Below are positions 13,301 to 27,100 of a stretch of DNA of 64,000 bases, one piece after another (position 1 is the first letter of the stretch; every line of letters begins with the position of its first letter). Source of the DNA: the human T2T-CHM13v2.0 reference genome, Homo sapiens. Made by a program: the position numbers and the translations under genes. The stretch lies in NCBI RefSeq assembly GCF_009914755.1, contig NC_060938.1; one strand, written 5' to 3'. The notes beneath the pieces are model-generated. The model was given only the letters and a program-made list of their open reading frames with translations. It did no database searches and was not told where the DNA came from.

Positions 13301-16300
13301 GCCTCAGAGCGCTCCAAATATCCACTTGCACATACTACAAAAAGAGTGCTTCAAATCTGGTCTCTGAAACGGAATGTTCAACTCTATGAGTTGAATGCAA
13401 ACATCACAAAGACGTTTCTGAGAATGCTTCTGTCTAGATTTGATATGAAGATATTCCCGTTTCCAACGAAATCTTCAAATCTATCCAAATGTCCACTTGC
13501 AGATTCAACAAAAAGTGTTTTTCAGAACTGCTCTATCAAAAGAAAGATCCACCTCTGTTAGCTGAGTTCACACATCACAAACAAGTTTATGAGAATGCTT
13601 CTGTCTAGTTTTTATTTGAAGATATTTCCTTTCTCACCATAGAGCTGAAAGCTGTCCTAATGTTCACTTCCAGATACTACAGAAAGAGTGTTTCAAAACT
13701 GCTGTACGAAAGGGAATGTTCAACTCTGTGACTTGAATGCACACATCACAAAGAAGTTTCTGAGGATGCTGCTGTCTACTTTTTATACGTAATCCCGTTT
13801 CCAACGAAATCCTCCAAGCTATCCAAATATCCACTTGCAGATTCCACAGAAAGACTGTTTCAAAACTGCTCTGTCAATAGAAAGGTTCAACTCTGTTAGC
13901 TGCATGCATATATCCCAAAGAAGATTCTGAGATTGCTTCTGTCTAGTTTTTATGGGAAGATATTTCCCTTTTCACCGTAGGCGTCAGGGCGCTCCAAATG
14001 TCCACTTCCAGATACTACAAAAAGAGTGTTTCAAACCTACTCTGTGAAAGGGAATATTCAACTCTGTGACTTGAATGCACATATCACAAGGAAGTTTCTG
14101 AGAATGCTTCTGTCGAGATTTTATATGAAGATATTCCCGTTTCCAACGAAATCCTGAAATCTATCCAAATATCCCCTTGCAGATTCTACAAAAAGAGTGT
14201 TTCAAAACTGCTCTGTAAAAAGAAAGGTTCAACTCTGTTAGTTGAGTACACACATCACAAACAAGTTTCACACAATGCTTCTTTCTAGCTTGTAGGGGAA
14301 GATATTCCCTTTATCACCATGGGCCTCAAACCGTCCGAAACATCCACTTCCATATACTACAAAAAGAGCGTTTCAAACCTGCTCTATGAAAGGCAATGTT
14401 CAACTCTGTGACTTGAATGCAGACATCACAGAGCAGTTTCTGAGAATGCTTCTGTCTAGATTTTATAGGAAGATATTCCCGTTTCCAACGAAATCTTCAC
14501 AGCTATCCAAATATCCACTTGCAGATTCTACAAAAAGAGTGTATCAAAACTGCTCTGTCAAAAGGAAGGTTCTTTTCTGTTAGGTGAGTGCATACGTCAT
14601 AAAGGAGTTTCTGAGAATGTTTCTGTCTAGTGGTTATGGGAAGATATTTGCTTTTTCACCGTAGGCCTCAGAGCGCTCCAAATATCCACTTGCACATACT
14701 ACAAAAAGAGTGCCTCAAAGCTGCTCTCTGAAACGGAATGTTCAACTCTATGAGTTGAATGCAAACATCGCAAAGACGTTTCTGAGAATGCTTCTGTCTA
14801 GATTTGATATGAAGATATTCCCGTTTCCAACGAAATCTTCAAATCTATCCAAATGTCCACTTGCAGATTCAACAAAAAGTGTTTTTCAGAACTGCTCTAT
14901 CAAAAGAAAGATCCACCTCTGTTAGCTGAGTTCACACATCACAAACAAGTTTATGAGAATGCTTCTGTCTAGTTTTTATTTGAAGATATTTCCTTTCTCA
15001 CCATAGAGCTGAAAGCTGTCCTAATGTTCACTTCCAGATACTACAGAAAGAGTGTTTCAAAACTGCTGTACGAAAGGGAATGTTCAACTCTGTGACTTGA
15101 ATGCACACATCACAAAGAAGTTTCTGAGGATGCTGCTGTCTACTTTTTATACGTAATCCCGTTTCCAACGAAATCCTCCAAGCTATCCAAATATCCACTT
15201 GCAGATTCCACAGAAAGACTGTTTCAAAACTGCTCTGTCAATAGAAAGGTTCAACTCTGTTAGCTGCGTGCATATATCCCAAAGAAGATTCTGAGATTGC
15301 TTCTGTCTAGTTTTTATGGGAAGATATTTCCCTTTTCACCGTAGGTGTCAAGGCGCTCCAAATGTCCACTTCCAGATACTACAAAAAGAGTGTTTCAAAC
15401 CTACTCTGTGAAAGGGAATATTCAACTCTGTGACTTGAATGCACATATCACAAAGAAGTTTCTGAGAATGCTTCTGTCGAGATTTTATATGAAGATATTC
15501 CCGTTTCCAACGAAATGCTGAAATCTATCCAAATATCCCCTCGCAGATTCTACAAAAAGAGTGTTTCAAAACTGCTCTGTGAAAAGAAAGGTTCAACTCT
15601 GTTAGTTGAGTACACACATCACAAACAAGTTTCACAGAATGCTTCTTTCTAGCTTGTAGGGGAAGATATTCCCTTTATCACCATGGGCCTCCAACCGTCC
15701 GAAACATCCACTTCCATATACTACAAAAAGAGCGTTTCAAACCTGCTCTATGAAAGGCAATGTTCAACTCTGTGACTTGAATGCAGACATCACAGAGCAG
15801 TTTCTGAGAATGCTTCTGTCTAGATTTTATAGGAAGATATTCCCGTTTCCAACGAAATCTTCACAGCTATCCAAATATCCACTTGCAGATTCTACAAAAA
15901 GAGTGTATCAAAACTGCTCTGTCAAAAGGAAGGTTCTTTTCTGTTAGGTGAGTGCATACGTCATAAAGGAGTTTCTGAGAATGTTTCTGTCTAGTGGTTA
16001 TGGGAAGATATTTGCTTTTTCACCGTAGGCCTCAGAGCGCTCCAAATATCCACTTGCACATACTACAAAAAGAGTGCCTCAAAGCTGCTCTCTGAAACGG
16101 AATGTTCAACTCTATGAGTTGAATGCAAACATCGCAAAGACGTTTCTGAGAATGCTTCTGTCTAGATTTGATATGAAGATATTCCCGTTTCCAACGAAAT
16201 CTTCAAATCTATCCAAATGTCCACTTGCAGATTCAACAAAAAGTGTTTTTCAGAACTGCTCTATCAAAAGAAAGATCCACCTCTGTTAGCTGAGTTCACA

Positions 16301-17728
16301 CATCACAAACAAGTTTATGAGAATGCTTCTGTCTAGTTTTTATTTGAAGATATTTCCTTTCTCACCATAGAGCTGAAAGCTGTCCTAATGTTCACTTCCA
16401 GATACTACAGAAAGAGTGTTTCAAAACTGCTGTACGAAAGGGAATGTTCAACTCTGTGACTTGAATGCACACATCACAAAGAAGTTTCTGAGGATGCTGC
16501 TGTCTACTTTTTATACGTAATCCCGTTTCCAACGAAATCCTCCAAGCTATCCAAATATCCACTTGCAGATTCCACAGAAAGACTGTTTCAAAACTGCTCT
16601 GTCAATAGAAAGGTTCAACTCTGTTAGCTGCATGCATATATCCCAAAGAAGATTCTGAGATTGCTTCTGTCTAGTTTTTATGGGAAGATATTTCCCTTTT
16701 CACCGTAGGCGTCAAGGCGCTCCAAATGTCCACTTCCAGATACTACAAAAAGAGTGTTTCAAACCTACTCTGTGAAAGGGAATATTCAACTCTGTGACTT
16801 GAATGCACATATCACAAGGAAGTTTCTGAGAATGCTTCTGTCGAGATTTTATATGAAGATATTCCCGTTTCCAACGAAATCCTGAAATCTATCCAAATAT
16901 CCCCTTGCAGATTCTACAAAAAGAGTGTTTCAAAACTGCTCTGTAAAAAGAAAGGTTCAACTCTGTTAGTTGAGTACACACATCACAAACAAGTTTCACA
17001 CAATGCTTCTTTCTAGCTTGTAGGGGAAGATATTCCCTTTATCACCATGGGCCTCAAACCGTCCGATAAGTCCACTTCCATATACTACAAAAAGAGCGTT
17101 TCAAACCTGCTCTATGAAAGGCAATGTTCAACTCTGTGACTTGAATGCAGACATCACAGAGCAGTTTCTGAGAATGCTTCTGTCTAGATTTTATAGGAAG
17201 ATATTCCCGTTTCCAACGAAATCTTCACAGCTATCCAAATATCCACTTGCAGATTCTACAAAAAGAGTGTATCAAAACTGCTCTGTCAAAAGGAAGGTTC
17301 TTTTCTGTTAGGTGAGTGCATACGTCATAAAGGAGTTTCTGAGAATGTTTCTGTCTAGTGGTTATGGGAAGATATTTGCTTTTTCACCGTAGGCCTCAGA
17401 GCGCTCCAAATATCCACTTGCACATACTACAAAAAGAGTGCCTCAAAGCTGCTCTCTGAAACGGAATGTTCAACTCTATGAGTTGAATGCAAACATCGCA
17501 AAGACGTTTCTGAGAATGCTTCTGTCTAGATTTGATATGAAGATATTCCCGTTTCCAACGAAATCTTCAAATCTATCCAAATGTCCACTTGCAGATTCAA
17601 CAAAAAGTGTTTTTCAGAACTGCTCTATCAAAAGAAAGATCCACCTCTGTTAGCTGAGTTCACACATCACAAACAAGTTTATGAGAATGCTTCTGTCTAG
17701 TTTTTATTTGAAGATATTTCCTTTCTCA

Positions 17729-19430
17729 CCATAGACCTGAAAGCTGTCCTAATGTTCACTTCCAGATACTACAGAAAGAGTGTTTCAAAACTGCTGTACG
17801 AAAGGGAATGTTCAACTCTGTGACTTGAATGCACACATCACAAAGAAGTTTCTGAGGATGCTGCTGTCTACTTTTTATACGTAATCCCGTTTCCAACGAA
17901 ATCCTCCAAGCTATCCAAATATCCACTTGCAGATTCCACAGAAAGACTGTTTCAAAACTGCTCTGTCAATAGAAAGGTTCAACTCTGCTAGCTGCGTGCA
18001 TATATCCCAAAGAAGATTCTGAGATTGCTTCTGTCTAGTTTTTATGGGAAGATATTTCCCTTTTCACCGTAGGCGTCAAGGCGCTCCAAATGTCCACTTC
18101 CAGATACTACAAAAAGAGTGTTTCAAACCTACTCTGTGAAAGGGAATATTCAACTCTGTGACTTGAATGCACACATCACAAAGAAGTTTCTGAGGATGCT
18201 GCTGTCTACTTTTTATACGTAATCCCGTTTCCAACGAAATCCTCCAAGCTATCCAAATATCCACTTGCAGATTCCACAGAAAGACTGTTTCAAAACTGCT
18301 CTGTCAATAGAAAGGTTCAACTCTGTTAGCTGCATGCATATATCCCAAAGAAGATTCTGAGATTGCTTCTGTCTAGTTTTTATGGGAAGATATTTCCCTT
18401 TTCACCGTAGGCGTCAGGGCGCTCCAAATGTCCACTTCCAGATACTACAAAAAGAGTGTTTCAAACCTACTCTGTGAAAGGGAATATTCAACTCTGTGAC
18501 TTGAATGCACATATCACAAGGAAGTTTCTGAGAATGCTTCTGTCGAGATTTTATATGAAGATATTCCCGTTTCCAACGAAATCCTGAAATCTATCCAAAT
18601 ATCCCCTTGCAGATTCTACAAAAAGAGTGTTTCAAAACTGCTCTGTAAAAAGAAAGGTTCAACTCTGTTAGTTGAGTACACACATCACAAACAAGTTTCA
18701 CACAATGCTTCTTTCTAGCTTGTAGGGGAAGATATACCCTTTATCACCATGGGCCTCAAACCGTCCGAAAAGTCCACTTCCATATACTACAAAAAGAGCG
18801 TTTCAAACCTGCTCTATGAAAGGCAATGTTCAACTCTGTGACTTGAATGCAGACATCACAGAGCAGTTTCTGAGAATGCTTCTGTCTAGATTTTATAGGA
18901 AGATATTCCCGTTTCCAACGAAATCTTCACAGCTATCCAAATATCCACTTGCAGATTCTACAAAAAGAGTGTATCAAAACTGCTCTGTCAAAAGGAAGGT
19001 TCCTTTCTGTTAGGTGAGTGCATACGTCATAAAGGAGTTTCTGAGAATGTTTCTGTCTAGTGGTTATGGGAAGATATTTGCTTTTTCACCGTAGGCCTCA
19101 GAGCGCTCCAAATATCCACTTGCACATATTACAAAAAGAGTGCCTCAAAGCTGCTCTCTGAAACGGAATGTTCAACTCTATGAGTTGAATGCAAACATCG
19201 CAAAGACGTTTCTGAGAATGCTTCTGTCTAGATTTGATATGAAGATATTCCCGTTTCCAACGAAATCTTCAAATCTATCCAAATGTCCACTTGCAGATTC
19301 AACAAAAAGTGTTTTTCAGAACTGCTCTATCAAAAGAAAGATCCACCTCTGTTAGCTGAGTTCACACAACACAAACAAGTTTATGAGAATGCTTCTGTCT
19401 AGTTTTTATTTGAAGATATTTCCTTTCTCA
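17729..19430 (-). repeat. 10-mer structural-variant HOR (1702 bp), copy 1
   Basis: Marker ORF step 17114 to 18816 = 1702 = 1364+338. Extra dimer at ~18174-18511; hybrid junction at 18149-18173. Confidence 0.93.
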
Positions 19431-21132
19431 CCATAGAGCTGAAAGCTGTCCTAATGTTCACTTCCAGATACTACAGAAAGAGTGTTTCAAAACTGCTGTA
19501 CGAAAGGGAATGTTCAACTCTGTGACTTGAATGCACACATCACAAAGAAGTTTCTGAGGATGCTGCTGTCTACTTTTTATACGTAATCCCGTTTCCAACG
19601 AAATCCTCCAAGCTATCCAAATATCCACTTGCAGATTCCACAGAAAGACTGTTTCAAAACTGCTCTGTCAATAGAAAGGTTCAACTCTGTTAGCTGCGTG
19701 CATATATCCCAAAGAAGATTCTGAGATTGCTTCTGTCTAGTTTTTATGGGAAGATATTTCCCTCTTCACCGTAGGTGTCAAGGCGCTCCAAATGTCCACT
19801 TCCAGATACTACAAAAAGAGTGTTTCAAACCTACTCTGTGAAAGGGAATATTCAACTCTGTGACTTGAATGCACACATCACAAAGAAGTTTCTGAGGATG
19901 CTGCTGTCTACTTTTTATACGTAATCCCGTTTCCAACGAAATCCTCCAAGCTATCCAAATATCCACTTGCAGATTCCACAGAAAGACTGTTTCAAAACTG
20001 CTCTGTCAATAGAAAGGTTCAACTCTGTTAGCTGCATGCATATATCCCAAAGAAGATTCTGAGATTGCTTCTGTCTAGTTTTTATGGGAAGATATTTCCC
20101 TTTTCACCGTAGGCGTCAAGGCGCTCCAAATGTCCACTTCCAGATACTACAAAAAGAGTGTTTCAAACCTACTCTGTGAAAGGGAATATTCAACTCTGTG
20201 ACTGGAATGCACATATCACAAGGAAGTTTCTGAGAATGCTTCTGTCGAGATTTTATATGAAGATATTCCCGTTTCCAACGAAATCCTGAAATGTATCCAA
20301 ATATCCCCTTGCAGATTCTACAAAAAGAGTGTTTCAAAACTGCTCTGTAAAAAGAAAGGTTCAACTCTGTTAGTTGAGTACACACATCACAAACAAGTTT
20401 CACACAATGCTTCTTTCTAGCTTGTAGGGGAAGATATTCCCTTTATCACCATGGGCCTCAAACCGTCCGAAAAGTCCACTTCCATATACTACAAAAAGAG
20501 CGTTTCAAACCTGCTCTATGAAAGGCAATGTTCAGCTCTGTGACTTGAATGCAGACATCACAGAGCAGTTTCTGAGAATGCTTCTGTCTAGATTTTATAG
20601 GAAGATATTCCCGTTTCCAACGAAATCTTCACAGCTATCCAAATATCCACTTGCAGATTCTACAAAAAGAGTGTATCAAAACTGCTCTGTCAAAAGGAAG
20701 GTTCTTTTCTGTTAGGTGAGTGCATACGTCATAAAGGAGTTTCTGAGAATGTTTCTGTCTAGTGGTTATGGGAAGATATTTGCTTTTTCACCGTAGGCCT
20801 CAGAGCGCTCCAAATATCCACTTGCACATACTACAAAAAGAGTGCCTCAAAGCTGCTCTCTGAAACGGAATGTTCAACTCTATGAGTTGAATGCAAACAT
20901 CGCAAAGACGTTTCTGAGAATGCTTCTGTCTAGATTTGATATGAAGATATTCCCGTTTCCAACGAAATCTTCAAATCTATCCAAATGTCCACTTGCAGAT
21001 TCAACAAAAAGTGTTTTTCAGAACTGCTCTATCAAAAGAAAGATCCACCTCTGTTAGCTGAGTTCACACCTCACAAACAAGTTTATGAGAATGCTTCTGT
21101 CTAGTTTTTATTTGAAGATATTTCCTTTCTCA
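19431..21132 (-). repeat. 10-mer structural-variant HOR, copy 2
   Basis: Step 18816 to 20518 = 1702; junction at 19851-19875. Confidence 0.93.
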
Positions 21133-24100
21133 CCATAGAGCTGAAAGCTGTCCTAATGTTCACTTCCAGATACTACAGAAAGAGTGTTTCAAAACTGCTG
21201 TACGAAAGGGAATGTTCAACTCTGTGACTTGAATGCACACATCACAAAGAAGTTTCTGAGGATGCTGCTGTCTACTTTTTATACGTAATCCCGTTTCCAA
21301 CGAAATCCTCCAAGCTATCCAAATATCCACTTGCAGATTCCACAGAAAGACTGTTTCAAAACTGCTCTGTCAATAGAAAGGTTCAACTCTGTTAGCTGCG
21401 TGCATATATCCCAAAGAAGATTCTGAGATTGCTTCTGTCTAGTTTTTATGGGAAGATATTTCCCTTTTCACCGTAGGTGTCAAGGCGCTCCAAATGTCCA
21501 CTTCCAGATACTACAAAAAGAGTGTTTCAAACCTACTCTGTGAAAGGGAATATTCAACTCTGTGACTTGAATGCACATATCACAAAGAAGTTTCTGAGAA
21601 TGCTTCTGTCGAGATTTTATATGAAGATATTCCCGTTTCCAACGAAATGCTGAAATCTATCCAAATATCCCCTCGCAGATTCTACAAAAAGAGTGTTTCA
21701 AAACTGCTCTGTGAAAAGAAAGGTTCAACTCTGTTAGTTGAGTACACACATCACAAACAAGTTTCACAGAATGCTTCTTTCTAGCTTGTAGGGGAAGATA
21801 TTCCCTTTATCACCATGGGCCTCCAACCGTCCGAAACATCCACTTCCATATACTACAAAAAGAGCGTTTCAAACCTGCTCTATGAAAGGCAATGTTCAAC
21901 TCTGTGACTTGAATGCAGACATCACAGAGCAGTTTCTGAGAATGCTTCTGTCTAGATTTTATAGGAAGATATTCCCGTTTCCAACGAAATCTTCACAGCT
22001 ATCCAAATATCCACTTGCAGATTCTACAAAAAGAGTGTATCAAAACTGCTCTGTCAAAAGGAAGGTTCTTCTCTGTTAGGTGAGTGCATACGTCATAAAG
22101 GAGTTTCTGAGAATGTTTCTGTCTAGTGGTTATGGGAAGATATTTGCTTTTTCACCGTAGGCCTCAGAGCGCTCCAAATATCCACTTGCACATACTACAA
22201 AAAGAGTGCTTCAAAGCTGCTCTCTGAAACGGAATGTTCAACTCTATGAGTTGAATGCAAACATCACAAAGACGTTTCTGAGAATGCTTCTGTCTAGATT
22301 TGATATGAAGATATTCCCGTTTCCAACGAAATCTTCAAATCTATCCAAATGTCCACTTGCAGATTCAACAAAAAGTGTTTTTCAGAACTGCTCTATCAAA
22401 AGAAAGATCCACCTCTGTTAGCTGAGTTCACACATCACAAACAAGTTTATGAGAATGCTTCTGTCTAGTTTTTATTTGAAGATATTTCCTTTCTCACCAT
22501 AGAGCTGAAAGCTGTCCTAATGTTCACTTCCAGATACTACAGAAAGAGTGTTTGAAAACTGCTGTACGAAAGGGAATGTTCAACTCTGTGACTTGAATGC
22601 ACACATCACAAAGAAGTTTCTGAGGATGCTGCTGTCTACTTTTTATACGTAATCCCGTTTCCAACGAAATCCTCCAAGCTATCCAAATATCCACTTGCAG
22701 ATTCCACAGAAAGACTGTTTCAAATCTGCTCTGTCAATAGAAAGGTTCAACTCTGTTAGCTGCATGCATATATCCCAAAGAAGATTCTGAGATTGCTTCT
22801 GTCTAGTTTTTATGGGAAGATATTTCCCTTTTCACCGTAGGCGTCAAGGCGCTCCAAATGTCCACTTCCAGATACTACAAAAAGAGTGTTTCAAACCTAC
22901 TCTGTGAAAGGGAATATTCAACTCTGTGACTTGAATGCACATATCACAAGGAAGTTTCTGAGAATGCTTCTGTCGAGATTTTATATGAAGATATTACCGT
23001 TTCCAACGAAATCCTGAAATCTATCCAAATATCCCCTTGCAGATTCTACAAAAAGAGTGTTTCAAAACTGCTCTGTAAAAAGAAAGGTTCAACTCTGTTA
23101 GTTGAGTACACACATCACAAACAAGTTTCACACAATGCTTCTTCCTAGCTTGTAGGGGAAGATATTCCCTTTATCACCATGGGCCTCAAACCGTCCGATA
23201 AGTCCACTTCCATATACTACAAAAAGAGCGTTTCAAACCTGCTCTATGAAAGGCAATGTTCAACTCTGTGACTTGAATGCAGACATCACAGAGCAGTTTC
23301 TGAGAATGCTTCTGTCTAGATTTTATAGGAAGATATTCCCGTTTCCAACGAAATCTTCACAGCTATCCAAATATCCACTTGCAGATTCTACAAAAAGAGT
23401 GTATCAAAACTGCTCTGTCAAAAGGAAGGTTCTTTTCTGTTAGGTGAGTGCATACGTCATAAAGGAGTTTCTGAGAATGTTTCTGTCTAGTGGTTATGGG
23501 AAGATATTTGCTTTTTCACCGTAGGCCTCAGAGCGCTCCAAATATCCACTTGCACATACTACAAAAAGAGTGCTTCAAAGCTGCTCTCTGAAACGGAATG
23601 TTCAACTCTATGAGTTGAATGCAAACATCACAAAGACGTTTCTGAGAATGCTTCTGTCTAGATTTGATATGAAGATATTCCCGTTTCCAACGAAATCTTC
23701 AAATCTATCCAAATGTCCACTTGCAGATTCAACAAAAAGTGTTTTTCAGAACTGCTCTATCAAAAGAAAGATCCACCTCTGTTAGCTGAGTTCACACATC
23801 ACAAACAAGTTTATGAGAATGCTTCTGTCTAGTTTTTATTTGAAGATATTTCCTTTCTCACCATAGAGCTGAAAGCTGTCCTAATGTTCACTTCCAGATA
23901 CTACAGAAAGAGTGTTTGAAAACTGCTGTACGAAAGGGAATGTTCAACTCTGTGACTTGAATGCACACATCACAAAGAAGTTTCTGAGGATGCTGCTGTC
24001 TACTTTTTATACGTAATCCCGTTTCCAACGAAATCCTCCAAGCTATCCAAATATCCACTTGCAGATTCCACAGAAAGACTGTTTCAAATCTGCTCTGTCA

Positions 24101-27100
24101 ATAGAAAGGTTCAACTCTGTTAGCTGCATGCATATATCCCAAAGAAGATTCTGAGATTGCTTCTGTCTAGTTTTTATGGGAAGATATTTCCCTTTTCACC
24201 GTAGGCGTCAAGGCGCTCCAAATGTCCACTTCCAGATACTACAAAAAGAGTGTTTCAAACCTACTCTGTGAAAGGGAATATTCAACTCTGTGACTTGAAT
24301 GCACATATCACAAGGAAGTTTCTGAGAATGCTTCTGTCGAGATTTTATATGAAGATATTACCGTTTCCAACGAAATCCTGAAATCTATCCAAATATCCCC
24401 TTGCAGATTCTACAAAAAGAGTGTTTCAAAACTGCTCTGTAAAAAGAAAGGTTCAACTCTGTTAGTTGAGTACACACATCACAAACAAGTTTCACACAAT
24501 GCTTCTTCCTAGCTTGTAGGGGAAGATATTCCCTTTATCACCATGGGCCTCAAACCGTCCGATAAGTCCACTTCCATATACTACAAAAAGAGCGTTTCAA
24601 ACCTGCTCTATGAAAGGCAATGTTCAACTCTGTGACTTGAATGCAGACATCACAGAGCAGTTTCTGAGAATGCTTCTGTCTAGATTTTATAGGAAGATAT
24701 TCCCGTTTCCAACGAAATCTTCACAGCTATCCAAATATCCACTTGCAGATTCTACAAAAAGAGTGTATCAAAACTGCTCTGTCAAAAGGAAGGTTCTTTT
24801 CTGTTAGGTGAGTGCATACGTCATAAAGGAGTTTCTGAGAATGTTTCTGTCTAGTGGTTATGGGAAGATATTTGCTTTTTCACCGTAGGCCTCAGAGCGC
24901 TCCAAATATCCACTTGCACATACTACAAAAAGAGTGCTTCAAAGCTGCTCTCTGAAACGGAATGTTCAACTCTATGAGTTGAATGCAAACATCACAAAGA
25001 CGTTTCTGAGAATGCTTCTGTCTAGATTTGATATGAAGATATTCCCGTTTCCAACGAAATCTTCAAATCTATCCAAATGTCCACTTGCAGATTCAACAAA
25101 AAGTGTTTTTCAGAACTGCTCTATCAAAAGAAAGATCCACCTCTGTTAGCTGAGTTCACACATCACAAACAACTTTATGAGAATGCTTCTGTCTAGTTTT
25201 TATTTGAAGATATTTCCTTTCTCACCATAGAGCTGAAAGCTGTCCTAATGTTCACTTCCAGATACTACAGAAAGAGTGTTTCAAAACTGCTGTACGAAAG
25301 GGAATGTTCAACTCTGTGACTTGAATGCACACATCACAAAGAAGTTTCTGAGGATGCTGCTGTCTACTTTTTATACGTAATCCCGTTTCCAACGAAATCC
25401 TCCAAGCTATCCAAATATCCACTTGCAGATTCCACAGAAAGACTGTTTCAAAACTGCTCTGTCAATAGAAAGGTTCAACTCTGTTAGCTGCATGCATATA
25501 TCCCAAAGAAGATTCTGAGATTGCTTCTGTCTAGTTTTTATGGGAAGATATTTCCCTTTTCACCGTAGGCGTCAAGGCGCTCCAAATGTCCACTTCCAGA
25601 TACTACAAAAAGAGTGTTTCAAACCTACTCTGTGAAAGGGAATATTCAACTCTGTGACTTGAATGCACATATCACAAGGAAGTTTCTGAGAATGCTTCTG
25701 TCGAGATTTTATATGAAGATATTCCCGTTTCCAACGAAATCCTGAAATCTATCCAAATATCCCCTTGCAGATTCTACAAAAAGAGTGTTTCAAAACTGCT
25801 CTGTAAAAAGAAAGGTTCAACTCTGTTAGTTGAGTACACACATCACAAACAAGTTTCACACAATGCTTCTTTCTAGCTTGTAGGGGAAGATATTCCCTTT
25901 ATCACCATGGGCCTCAAACCGTCCGATAAGTCCACTTCCATATACTACAAAAAGAGCGTTTCAAACCTGCTCTATGAAAGGCAATGTTCAACTCTGTGAC
26001 TTGAATGCAGACATCACAGAGCAGTTTCTGAGAATGCTTCTGTCTAGATTTTATAGGAAGATATTCCCGTTTCCAACGAAATCTTCACAGCTATCCAAAT
26101 ATCCACTTGCAGATTCTACAAAAAGAGTGTATCAAAACTGCTCTGTCAAAAGGAAGGTTCTTCTCTGTTAGGTGAGTGCATACGTCATAAAGGAGTTTCT
26201 GAGAATGTTTCTGTCTAGTGGTTATGGGAAGATATTTGCTTTTTCACCGTAGGCCTCAGAGCGCTCCAAATATCCACTTGCACATACTACAAAAAGAGTG
26301 CTTCAAAGCTGCTCTCTGAAACGGAATGTTCAACTCTATGAGTTGAATGCAAACATCACAAAGACGTTTCTGAGAATGCTTCTGTCTAGATTTGATATGA
26401 AGATATTCCCGTTTCCAACGAAATCTTCAAATCTATCCAAATGTCCACTTGCAGATTCAACAAAAAGTGTTTTTCAGAACTGCTCTATCAAAAGAAAGAT
26501 CCACCTCTGTTAGCTGAGTTCACACATCACAAACAAGTTTATGAGAATGCTTCTGTCTAGTTTTTATTTGAAGATATTTCCTTTCTCACCATAGAGCTGA
26601 AAGCTGTCCTAATGTTCACTTCCAGATACTACAGAAAGAGTGTTTCAAAACTGCTGTACGAAAGGGAATGTTCAACTCTGTGACTTGAATGCACACATCA
26701 CAAAGAAGTTTCTGAGGATGCTGCTGTCTACTTTTTATACGTAATCCCGTTTCCAACGAAATCCTCCAAGCTATCCAAATATCCACTTGCAGATTCCACA
26801 GAAAGACTGTTTCAAAACTGCTCTGTCAATAGAAAGGTTCAACTCTGTTAGCTGCATGCATATATCCCAAAGAAGATTCTGAGATTGCTTCTGTCTAGTT
26901 TTTATGGGAAGATATTTCCCTTTTCACCGTAGGCGTCAAGGCGCTCCAAATGTCCACTTCCAGATACTACAAAAAGAGTGTTTCAAACCTACTCTGTGAA
27001 AGGGAATATTCAACTCTGTGACTTGAATGCACATATCACAAGGAAGTTTCTGAGAATGCTTCTGTCGAGATTTTATATGAAGATATTCCCGTTTCCAACG

